Shown: piece after piece, positions 10,501-21,391 of the stretch | Numbering within the stretch: the first letter of the stretch is position 1 | Layout: the number at the start of each line of letters is the position of its first letter | NCBI GenBank assembly: GCA_963693365.1 | Contig: CAVNZM010000003.1 | Span: forward strand, 13,483,252-13,547,251 | DNA from: Amoebidium appalachense | Taxonomy: Eukaryota; Protista; Ichthyosporea | Length of the DNA stretch: 64,000 nt | Direction of reading: 5' to 3' | Position numbers and translations under genes: made by a program | Notes under the pieces: model-generated | Databases searched by the model: none | Told to the model about the DNA's origin: nothing | What the model saw: the letters and a program-made list of their open reading frames with translations, nothing else

Positions 10501-13429
10501 CCTTGACGGCACGAGGCGCCAGTTTCGGTGTATCCTGTTGATGGACGTAGCAGGGAGAGCCCCAGACACGGAGCCGGCTGTAGTCGGGAGGAATGCCGGT
10601 CCACAGCAGGGCGGGAGACGATTGGCTGCCGGTGGCTCGCGACGGGAGCATGTTGCGTATAAAAGCCGCGGTCACAGCTGCCTCGGCCCAGAATCCCACC
10701 GGAAGGCCGGACTGCTGCAGGAGTGCCCGAACCATGTCGAGGAGGGTCCGGTTCAGTCGTTCGGCAGTCCCATTCTGTTGAGGAGAGCCGGTGGTAGTGA
10801 TCTGATGGCGAATGCCATGCTCACGGTTGTAGTCCCCGAAGGCCGTGCCCATGTACTCGCCCCCCGTCGGACTGAAACACCTGCATGGGAACACCGTGTT
10901 GGGTAACCGCCGCCTTGTGGTACGTCACATATGCAGCCAGTGTGTCCGACTTCTTGACGAGGGGCACGGCCGTGGTGTGGCCGGTGAATTCGTCGTGGAA
11001 CGTCGCCAAGTACTGAGCACCACCGATCGCGGGAGGGAAGGGGCCGCTGATGTCGCTGTGAACCTTGGCTAGGACCCGGGGAGCTTGGCTAGTTGATTCG
11101 GAGAAGGCAACACGGTGGGCTTTGCCGAGGGCACAGGGCTCACACACGCCCGGAGACTTGGCACCGCCACCCACCAACAGGCCTGCAGACTTGATGACCG
11201 AGCGTACAGCGTCAATGCCAGCATGGCCCAGACGGTAGTGCCACGTGTTGAGGTCGGCAGTAACCTTGAGGATACGCGGAGCAGTGGTGGTTTGGGCGTC
11301 CGGGGTTGTGTCCGCGCGCAGAAGAAACACCGCCATGTGGTACAGCTTGGTGCCGACAGCCGAGCCGGTAGCCAGAATTTGATCGCCGTAGCACAACTTA
11401 ACGCCGCCGCGGGTGTCAAAGCGGGGTAAAACACCGTTGGTAGTTGCCGTGAACACACTGATGAGAGTGTCGGGGATGGAGGGCACGTAGAGTACATCCG
11501 TCAGCTGATGCACCGCAGTAACGCCGTCGATGGTGCTGGAAAAGAACACGTCGCCCACCCCAAGCACTGCACATGCACCCTTGTCGGCTACTTGGACCGT
11601 GGAGTAAGGCGCCGCACGCATGTTGATGAACACATCGGGCCGGGGGCACACATGGTCAGTGGCTCCAGAGTCGAGGAGCACCTTGTTGGTGCCACAGTCG
11701 TTGCTAGACATGAGGAAAGCCCGGGGAGCGGCAGCCCCCCCCTTGCACTGTGCCGTAGTGTGGGTAGTAGAGGCAGGGTGGTTGATGCAGGACCCAGGCG
11801 GGAGGGGACCACCCTTAGGTTTGCGGCCGTTGGCACGGTTGCCCCCCTTGCACATGGCGGTAGTGTGACTGGTAGACAGTGGGTGGTTGACGCAGGAACC
11901 CTTGGGGTAGGTGCTGGCACGGTTGTTGCCAGAGTTGCTGTGTTGGCCGTTGCCGTTGGGGCACTGAGACTTGATGTGGCCTGGTTTGCCGCAGCCGTGG
12001 CAGATGACAGGTTGAGGAGCCCGTGTGGTGAAGGCGGCCGGCCCGGAGCTGGTAGTCACACGTGCACGTGGGTGGCTGGTCTCATATGCCCGTAGCTGTT
12101 GGAGGAGGCCCATCACGGTAGGCTTGGGTGTCATCTTGTAGGCAATTACAGGCATTTCGTAGTAAGGCACCTTGCCGAGGTCGTTGGTGAGCTTGGTCAG
12201 CACTTGAGCATCACCAATTTGTGTGCCGTAATCGGCCAGGCGCCGCACGTAGCCGCGGAGTTTCATGGCGTATTTCGTCGCGGTGTCCGTAGGTTCAGGC
12301 GTAGAATTCATGTACAGCCCGATAAGGTCGTACTGATTGGCCTCAGATTGCTCCAGGTAGTGGGCAGATAGGGCCGACCATATCTCCGCAGGTGTGGTGG
12401 TGCGTGTTAACCCTAGGATACAACGCACGTCAACCGAGAGTGCTTGCCACAGGTAGGAACGGGCAGTGTCGACCTGTTCACGGGTAGCCGGGTGCTCCGT
12501 ACTGGGCGCGATGGTGTGGAGAAGACCAGCACCAGAAAGCTGGACATACATGGTTTCGGCCCATGTGTGGTAGTCCGTGCCTGAATCATTATCAATGCCA
12601 GTGAAGAGAGGGATGTCGACCTTGAACTTGATGGAATCATTACGTGAGGGGCCCATAACCCTGTTGGACATTGTGTTCATAGAAGCTAGTTCTAGTGCAC
12701 GTTGTTCCTTCTGTAAGTCAGAAATGATTGCATCTTGTGAGGCCAACCTCTGCTCCAGTAGTTGGACTAGTTGCTGCAACTGTAAGTTGTCAGACATAGT
12801 GTCGTGTATGATGGGTAACTAGTCTATGTGTTTTGTGCACTGGAAACGACAGTAGAAAAGTGTAAATCAAACGTTCTGCTTCCCATGTTTGTGACATGGG
12901 AGGCACTGCTTTATATAGTCGTTGGCCACCTCATGGTGGCCTCGTGTGCACCCTGGTGGTGGGCCATGTACAGCATGGCCGAAAAGAGAGCACAATGAAA
13001 ACAAGTCGTTAAAGAGATATAAAAGTTAACTCTGCACGTTGAGTGGCTAGTTAACTTGCACTAAAGCACACAAATAAACGTGTTTAACACACCAATTGCA
13101 GTTAAACGTAAATCTTGCTTCACACAACTAAAAATATTCTGAGAATATCCGGGAATAAAGCACACTACCACTCTAAGAATAGAATCCTGTGGCAAATATA
13201 GACATGACATCATCTGAACCGGGAATAGCCGAAAAGAGAGCACAATTAGCACGTTGCTAGTGAAGCTCGTCATTGGTACAGTTTTGGCTCAAACATATAA
13301 CTACCATATATGAATATGACCGTAAACAAAAGCTCTATGCACTCGAGTGAGTGTTGAAACAGTTATTCAATTGCTCAGAAACTTTCTCTAACAGACATTG
13401 CTAGCCGGGAGTACCAGTGTACTCCAGCA
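7539..13429 (-). mobile_element. Copia-1: full-length Ty1/copia LTR retrotransposon
   Basis: 768-bp LTRs at 7539-8306 and 12662-13429 (TG…CA, ~2 differences seen). 5-bp TSD AGACC at 7534-7538 and 13430-13434. PBS GGTTATGGGCCC, PPT GAGTAGGGG. Confidence 0.97.
8494..12797 (-). CDS. gag-pol: Copia-1 gag-pol polyprotein (frameshifts near 10860 and 8655)
   Basis: Domains in copia order: CHGCGKPGHIKSQC, LDSGATDH protease, WHYRLGH…CEPC integrase, SDGG/QNGTAER, KARLVARG, YVDD, YSDSD, ADMFTKAL. Confidence 0.93.
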
Positions 13430-14588
13430 AGACCCTGACTTCTTTCGACCCATCCCGTCACGTTAAACGGAAGGACGTGACCTTCAGCTACACCCCCACC
13501 GGTACTTTGTCCCATGCCACCCTCCACCTGCCAACCTCTACGACGGATGTACAGGCCCGAGGTGTCAACGTCACCCTAGCTGCCCTGCCCCTCACCCACT
13601 TCTCCCCAGCCCATCTCCTCCGGCAGTTCCTGGATACAACGTCCGGTCAACCCGACGACCCCCTCTTCAGTCTCGGTGGCATCCCCTACACCAAGAGTGC
13701 TTTCTCTGCCGATTTCCGTGCCCTCCTCTCCCGGGCAGGCCTCTCACCCTCCCGGTTTGCCGGACACAGCCTCCGCATCGGGGGGGCCACAGCACTGGCT
13801 GAGGCCGGGGTCGACGACTCCCGGATCAAACAACTCGGCAGGTGGTCCTCCGACTGCTTCCTGATCTATACCCGACTTCGTCCGGCCTCCATTGCTGCCA
13901 CCACCACACGTGTATTCGCCTCTATTCTTAAGTGAAACCTTTGGAGCAAGCATACTGCTCTCGTGCCGTGGTTTACAACCATTGCAGGTTCACTTTCGTC
14001 CAAGGGGATGTCCCCCTAGAGGCAACACACGTCCCGGAGTAGTTTTCATAGAGGTTTTATTTGTGGAAATTATTGACATAAATATTTTTCTGGGTAAACA
14101 CGTAGGATGGGTGTTCGGTACCAACATAACCATGTAGGCTTTATTTCGTGTTTTAGCAGTTAGCGGTTGGCTGCCCGCACACGGGCACCTATTAGCCAGT
14201 CAAACATCAGATACCACAGATCACTAGACCGAGTTATGATTGGCTCGGATCAGATTTCACATATCACTAGATCGATTTTTGATTGGCTCAGATCGGTCTT
14301 AGGAGGGGGCCGGGGGGGGAGTGATGCAAATACACGTAGACACACGGGGGGAGGGGGAGGGGGGAGGAGACCGAGGAGGAGTGTGAACATAGTCGTAGGA
14401 ATTTAATTTATTATCATAGGTGTCTCCGTAGGTATCAAGCTTATGGTGTAGTTTAATTTATTATTTTCTTCGTAATTTATTTAATTTAATTTTTTTTTTG
14501 GAGACTGATTAGTCTATGTCTTTTTAGGGGGTGTTAGATGTAATGTGACTGAGGTGGGACTCAGCTTTTCCGGGGGCCGGGGAGGGAG

Positions 14589-15311
14589 TTGACATATACT
14601 AATCCGTCTCAGCAGAGCAGCCTAAGTCTACGATCGAGATCGGGGGGGGGGGGGGGGGGGGGCGGGTCCACAGATCATCAAGATCAAGTCTGATGCTGGG
14701 GCGAGGCTCAAGATAGCTGTACAGCTGCGTGCATCTTGCCTCTGCCGGCGCAGGGCAGGACCACGTCAGCTGGAGCAGCCAACCAATAGAATTCTAATTA
14801 GTGTGTAGGATAGATCATAGGAGGACTTTGGAATGTGATAAGTTCGGGCAGAAGCCCTTTGTAAATATTGGCAAGTTTTGATAGTATATGCTGCCAAACG
14901 TATTTATATATATTTCGATGTAGAGGAAAAGGGGGGGGGGAGGGGGGGGGGGAGATAGTATGAAATGTAGAATTAGACTCTGCGGTGCCACAAGGGGAAG
15001 GGAGAGGGGTAAGACTTGGATAAATATATTAGTGTCAGCCGATCGACTTAGCTCGTGCAGGCGCACGATAGAGTTAGATCGGAATGTATGGAATGTGGCA
15101 TCGTAGGGGGGCCAGGTGATGATGATCTTGTAGGGCACGGCCTTGATGGCCTCAGTTGTGACTTAGCCTCATTCCGTTCGGACCTAAGTTTGCCCGTCGG
15201 AGCCTGGTCTTAATAAACTTTACCGTTTTTCAGTACACGTTCGTTCCTTTCCGTGTGTGTACACTTAGTAGAGTGCCGCGTCTCTTAATACATACACGTT
15301 AGGATACGACA
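14589..15311 (+). mobile_element. Gypsy-type LTR copy (duplicated arm)
   Basis: Preceded by PPT GGGGAGGGAG and ending TACGACA; matches 62617-63352 and mirrors 24006-24729. Confidence 0.8.
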
Positions 15312-15536
15312 TGTTGTGATTGGCTGAATGTCACTGTGGTATTTGTCTGGCCAGTGGGCCGCGTGTCTGTGAAGTGTCTCGCGGGGTCGCGGGCTTTTCG
15401 AAGTTCTTCTGAGAACACGTTTTGCTCGCTTCCCACCCAACTCAAAGAAAAGTTTATACGTATACACAGTTTCAAGCCCCTTTAGGCGTGCAGTTAGTTA
15501 GAGTAGTTCGTATACACGCGAGGGCGTAACACGACA
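15312..15536. mobile_element. 225-bp LTR-like unit abutting the Gypsy LTR (mirror at 23781-24005)
   Basis: Termini TGTTGTG…CACGACA form an imperfect inverted repeat; no TSD seen. Confidence 0.5.
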
Positions 15537-16152
15537 GCCGTGAGTTATTGCGAAAGCTGTCCCGCTTTGGCCGTGTTTACCACCGTGACCAGCTTCACTC
15601 AATGGCAGAGGTGGCGAGCATGCTCATTTTCTCTACTGCACACATCATTTTTTACAACACTTTTCGATTCACTGCTGCTATTATTTCTTTTACTGTAAGC
15701 GGTTTTTGCGGTACAGGGAATGAACTCGTTGCAATAGTTTCGAGAAACAGGCGGGCCATACATGAAAACCATGCATCTTCTTCGTGGCCTGACTCTCATC
15801 ACACGGGCACGTTGCTTTCGGCAGCAGTTATCAGTGCAGCTGCAACTTACCTGTTCATTGTTTTGATTGGGGTGGTCGTAATGACTCTGCCAGGAACGCC
15901 CGAAGTTCCAGGAGATGCACGGTGTGATAACTGCAAATTAGCCAAAGTTTAACGTAGCTGGTGCAGTGGCGGACCCGGTGTGTGCAAGCGTCCCCCCCAC
16001 AAGCTGTAAGTAAATACACATAACTCGTTTTTGTTTTCTTTTCTTTCTCAGTAGTAATTTTTAGCACTTGCACGGTGAATGCATATGTCTCTGTGTGGCC
16101 TGTCGCACATAGCAGTGCTTGTTGTGGTGGTGGCGGTGGTGGTGGTGGTGGT

Positions 16153-16195
<43 letters not shown>

Positions 16196-16594
16196 GGAGG
16201 GGGGGGGGGGGGGGAGGGAGGGAGGAGAAGCGGGAGGCAATGGGTGTCTTCCTGCCGAAGTTTCATGCATTTGCACGTATGATACACAATTCTTTGCACT
16301 TCAGTTCTTCTTCCCGTTTTGAGCATTTTTTACACTCCTTCTTCAATAATTTTGAACGTTTATTTTGTCTTTCCCCCAAAGAAAGGGGGGGGGGGGGGGG
16401 TAGTGATCGACTTAGTAAGAGAGCCCGGTAAGGGAGGGGGGGAGAGAGAGGGGGGGGGGGGGGACGAGAGAAAAGAGGGGGGTGAGAGAGGGGGGGGGGG
16501 GAGAGGTGGGAAGGGGGGGGGGGGGGGGAGGGGGTGAGAAGGGGGAGGGAGGGGAGTGAGGGTGAACACAGTGAAAACACTATGACTAACACAC

Positions 16595-17918
16595 ATGCAC
16601 CAAAATAGGAGAGAACGGAAGTGTGTGGTGTGCCGGGGTTCTTCACTACACCGGATATGTGGCACGTTACCCGATTGTGTAAACAACCCGAACAATGATA
16701 CTGCACGACCACCTACAAATGCCCCGCCCCCAAGCAACGCACCACCGTCGCATCCCCCTAGGGCTGATGACGCACCACCGTCGCCCCACCCTGCCGCTGA
16801 CCATGTTGTTATTGATATGGCCGAGGTTAACGAGGGCCGTAATCACACAACCGTCGATGTTGATGGCCCTCCGACTCCAAAACGAACAAGCACACCGGAC
16901 AATACCGGCATGCACGCGAGGAAGAAACAACGGACGGGTGAACCGGAAAACCCTCCGCAGGGTCACCCTCTCAACCCCCCCGCGAGCAGAAGCACCCCCT
17001 TAAGTCGGCCAAGTTCGAACCAACAACCCCCATTGGATCCCCACTTGCACGATACAGCTACAAAGCCGAACAAACCACCACAGGCACCACACATGGCAGG
17101 CAATCAGCCCCAACCCGGGTCGGTCCCCCCCACACAGTTTAAGGCGCCGGGTGTAACTAACATTAAACCTAGGCCACCCCCTCTTCCATCCCTTCACCCT
17201 GCCCTTGTTCCATTAGCCAAAACACTGAATTTTCAACCTGGTAGTGAAATAGAAAAACTTTTTGCAACTTTGCATACACACATGTGTGACCTCGAGGCAT
17301 GCGCTAGTAGTTCTAACACAAAATCACGCCCGGGAACACCAACTTCAACAACCAAAACTAAAGAATTTTCCACTCAAACTGACAAAACCCGTGTAGTTCC
17401 ACTACCCCGAAAGAACAATAGGGGTTTTTTACCGCGGTGGGTGTGCGGGAAAAGAAACGTATTAATACCGGCACTCACAGACACTTTTTTTTCCGGCACA
17501 GTTACAAATTATAACGAAATGAGTAAACAGTCAAAGCGTCGCTATAAAAAACTTATTAGGGAATCACTTGAATACATCGTGTCGTCACTGTTTCACGTCG
17601 ACATTCGATTAGTGGAATTTGCGATCGAAATACAGGGGACACGGGTGGTTTTCTTCCCGAACGATCCAACACAGGAACGACGGGAGGAAGTTATGCAACG
17701 GCGCCTTAAGGAAAGCATGCGCAACGATGCAACTGCGTCTATACAGCGGGATTTGCGCGCGCTGGAAGACCTCTGCACACAGTTGGAGGTTGACGTCGCG
17801 GACGATACAAGTGCAAACGGCACTGGGCGGTCACGTGATAGATTGCGCTATATCAAATCACTTTTGGCCCTAAAGGACCGTTTGAGTATGAGCGACCGCC
17901 AATTTCTATCGTGGTCTA
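16595..17918 (+). pseudogene. Duplicated 5' half of the RAG1/Transib-like transposase
   Basis: Differs from 22715-21392 at two amino acids; runs into the Ngaro A repeat. Confidence 0.85.
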
Positions 17919-19796
17919 GGTTTTATTTGTGGAATTTATTGACATAAATATTTTTTCTGGGTAAACACGTAGGATGGGTGTTCGGTATCAACATAACCAT
18001 GTAGGCTTCATTTCGTGTTTTAGCAGTTCGCGGTTGGCTGCCCGCACACGGGCACCTATTAGCCAAGCAAAACATCAGATTCCACATATCACTAGACCGA
18101 GTTTTGATTGGCTCGGATCAGATTTCACATATCACTAGATCGATTTTGATTGGCTCAGATCGGTAGGCTTAGGTATATAAGCACGACAGTTTTTAGCAGA
18201 TCAGCAAGCTACAAACACATCTTCTGTGTTTAGCATCCACAGCCTTACAGCTATATATTCCTTTTTCACCCACCCACCTACACCCACACACAACCCCCAT
18301 TGATCCACACATACGTGCTGTTTTTTCACGGGGCGAAGACTTCCCCCGTTTTTTGGGCACATGGACCTCACGGATCAATAAATTGATGACTGGGGGCTTG
18401 CCGTGGTTTACAACCATTGCAGGTTCACTTTCGTCCAAGGGGATGTCCCCCTAGAGGCAACACACGTCCCGGAGTAGTTTTCATAGAAATACGCATCCTT
18501 CAATCTTTGAAGTGTTTTTTCTACTTTATCAAGGCGTGCCTGCTCAAATTTTCCCATTTGTGCTTCGGAATATTTGTATACATTGACTCTTTCAACATTT
18601 CCTTCAGCTACAGCAATGATTAAACGTGTTTCACGCTGAAGGATATCTTTACAGTAGTTTGTTCCCTTCTTTCCGTGTGTGGTTTGCCTGTAAAACGTTT
18701 TGTTGTTTTCTTCGTTTTTCCTTTCTAATGACTGGCAGCTAACCGCCCCCATCCATCCAATCATCTTTCGCATATGTGGTATGTAATGTTTGAGTGCATG
18801 TATGTACGGTGTAATTTGAGCTTCACCATATGCCTGACGGTACCTAAAAACAAAGTTAAGACAAAGAGCCTCGAATTCAGCGTCAGTAACAGTGCTTGCT
18901 TTGTCTGTGAGGGCCGTGTCAATCTCTAAAAGTTTCTCCCAGCATTCGATAAAATGTGTGTGTGTGGCCCTTACGTTATAAACTTTCTTGCCCCCAATGT
19001 GTACGTGCTGTTGTGGAGAAACCATCACTAATTTTTGCAAGAGTGTCTTATTTTCACCGTCTACTACAATTTTTTTAACAAAATAGCGCATGGCATGTCT
19101 CCGATCATTTCCATTTAAGGTTGGATAAACCCAATTTCCCTTATTATTAAACGTAAATTCGAATTTTATGCCAATCTGTTCAAAGGCATCCTCAACCAAT
19201 AGCATGTGGGGGCCCTTCTTAGAACATCCTGGTTTTACTTCACTTAAGGCAAAGGCTATGATTGGCTCAAACAAATTATCGGTGATGCGCAGACGGAGAT
19301 GAAGGGGGTCAAATAAAACACGATCATATCCAAGTTTCCACATAGGCTCCCCACAGCAACCATATTCACCAATAACATTCAGAAACGCAGACCTAAGTCT
19401 AGCACCGTATTCGGCAATGGTGTCGTGTTTAATGCAAAACCTATTTTTTTTTATCATTTCACAAACCAAACAAAAAAACTCAGCAAGCGGCCCCTTCAGA
19501 CATAACCTTCATGAATTTCCAATCCGAACATAAATACATTTTGAATGAAAAATCGTCGTTTGGATCGTTGCTGGTGCCAAGATTGATTGGTCCGTTTGCC
19601 ACAGTGTAATTCAGACTGTGAATTTCGTCGAAAGTTGGTTTGGCTTTAGCCAACAGCTCGGCCATCGTTTCCGAACCATCGTACATGCATAATGCCATTT
19701 CTGCATGTGGTGTTAGGCCCTTAACGAACTTTTCCTCAAACAGGCTGAGCGCAATTAGGACTTTGTTGAAATTGGTAGATATCCGGCTGCCATCAC

Positions 19797-20061
19797 CTGT
19801 GTAAAAAAAAAAAAAAAAAATGGTGTGTGTGTCCGGAGGGGGGGGGGGGGGGGGGAGGGGGGGGGGGGGGGGGGGGGGGGGGGAGGGGGGGAGAGAGGGG
19901 GGGGGGGGGGGGGGGGAGGGGGGGAGGTATTGGAAGGTGTGGGAGGGAGAATGGGGATAGAATGAAGTAATTAGTGCATCGAAAAGGGAATATGATATAG
20001 TGGGTGGGCCACCCGGTGTATGTGTTTATATGTGCGTGTGCGTGTGCGTGTGCGTGTGCGT

Positions 20062-20137
<76 letters not shown>

Positions 20138-20157
20138 GTGTGTGCGTGCGTGCGTGC

Positions 20158-20200
<43 letters not shown>

Positions 20201-20518
20201 CACTTGTATGTTTGTGTGCACCTGTATGTTCGTGTGCACGTGTATGTCTGCCTTACAGTGCACGTGTCTTTTTGTGTGTGCGCGGCCCGCACGTCTTATT
20301 ATGTGTGGCGTATGTGAGCACGTGTTGAGGATAGGAGGACGTGGTGGGGGAATGATATACTATGCTTCGTTGTGAAAGTGACTGAATGAAGGAGGGGAAA
20401 GAGATACATATTGCCTGCACTTATAAAAGAGGCAGGCTAGGGCTAGGGGTAACCTTCGTTTTTCTTTTTCTTCCTTTGTTTCTCCTTTTTGCTTTCTTTC
20501 TTTCTTTTTTTTTTTTTT

Positions 20519-20549
<31 letters not shown>

Positions 20550-20566
20550 GGGGGAGGAAGGCAAAC
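19797..20566 (-). other. 770-bp phase-1 spliceosomal intron in the transposase, containing poly-C, A-tract and CA repeats
   Basis: GCAG|GTTTGC donor and TTTTTACACAG|GT acceptor; splicing yields RIA-G-D-G at the first catalytic Asp. Confidence 0.85.
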
Positions 20567-20821
20567 CTGCGATTCGAAGATCCAATGGTTTTCCAGGGTT
20601 GGCGTCACGTTTCGCACGCATCATATCACGAAATTCTTTGTCGTTTTGGTAACGCCAAGATATGGTATCTAGCACCCCCCGGTATGCACCGACTGGAATG
20701 GGCGCTTCCCCCGCTTTCTTACTTGGTTCGAAAATTTCGGTGATTGGAATGGCGCTATTTTGCCGGTGGCGCTCTACAACAAGCTTATGTAGCCGTGCAC
20801 ACAACTCCATTCCCTCCGTTT

Positions 20822-21391
20822 TCTATGAAAAACTACTCCGGGACGTGTGTTGCCTCTAGGGGGACATCCCCTTGGACGAAAGTGAACCTGCAATGGTTGT
20901 AAACCACGGCAAGCCCCCAGTCATCAATTTATTGATCCGTGAGGTCCTTGTGCCCCAAAAACGGGGGAAGTCTTCGCCCCGTGAAAAAACAGCACGTATG
21001 TGTGGATCAATGGGGGTTGAGTGTGGGTGTAGGTGGGTGGGTGAAAAAGGAATATATAGCTGTAAGGCTGTGGGTGCTAAACACAGAAGATGTGTTTGTA
21101 GCTTGCTGATCTGCTAAAAACTGTCGTGCTTATATACCTAAGCCTACCGATCTGAGCCAATCAAAATCGATCTAGTGATATGTGAAATCTGATCCGAGCC
21201 AATCAAAACTCGGTCTAGTGATATGTGGAATCTGATGTTTTGCTTGGCTAATAGGTGCCCGTGTGCGGGCAGCCAACCGCGAACTGCTAAAACACGAAAT
21301 GAAGCCTACATGGTTATGTTGATACCGAACACCCATCCTACGTGTTTACCCAGAAAAAATATTTATGTCAATAAATTCCACAAATAAAACC
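20822..21391 (-). mobile_element. Solo Ngaro A-spacer-B unit (570 bp)
   Basis: GGTTTT…CATAGA ends with no ORFs. This is the expected product of A1 x A2 recombination; its removal gives …FLSWS-KTEGMEL… in frame. Confidence 0.9.

Larger units (their letters stand above)
6978..13935 (+). pseudogene. Ngaro-1 tyrosine recombinase, split by Copia-1 (parts 6978-7538 and 13435-13935)
   Basis: GLLRSGE in the first part; HSLRIGGAT, LGRWSS and IYTR in the second. SKTD is mutated to STTD. Confidence 0.92.
3268..18487 (+). mobile_element. Ngaro-1: DIRS-order (Ngaro) YR retrotransposon, A1-gag-RT/RH-YR-B1-A2…A2-B2, with a nested Copia and a 3.6-kb captured segment in A2
   Basis: Split direct repeats: A1 3268-~3616, B1 13964-14052, partial A2 14053-14297, A2-spacer-B2 17919-18487. 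Ends GGTTTT…CATAGA with no TSD. Confidence 0.9.

Noticed and set aside
10855-10866. Programmed frameshift in Copia-1, and likewise the Gypsy RH/INT break at ~28055-28120 and the Ngaro gag shifts
   Set aside because: The breaks fall in or beside C/G homopolymers, and the Copia-1 one lies inside the integrase core. Sequencing error or decay is more likely.
8834-12095. Long antisense ORFs over the Copia and Ngaro coding regions
   Set aside because: Shadow ORFs caused by GC-rich codon usage on the opposite strand.
15548-15952. 134-aa ORF (and its mirror at 23365-23769) as a membrane protein or RAG2-like gene
   Set aside because: TTG start and no motif; its double occurrence is only due to the inverted duplication.
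15964-15978. CAGTGGCGGACCC as a hAT-like TIR
   Set aside because: Its only partner is the mirror copy made by the duplication, and there is no 8-bp TSD.
16567-16605. CACAGTG (RSS heptamer) just upstream of the transposase ATG, and another at 1574
   Set aside because: No ACAAAAACC-like nonamer at 12 or 23 bp spacing, no shared TSD, and a 7-mer is expected by chance in CA-rich DNA.
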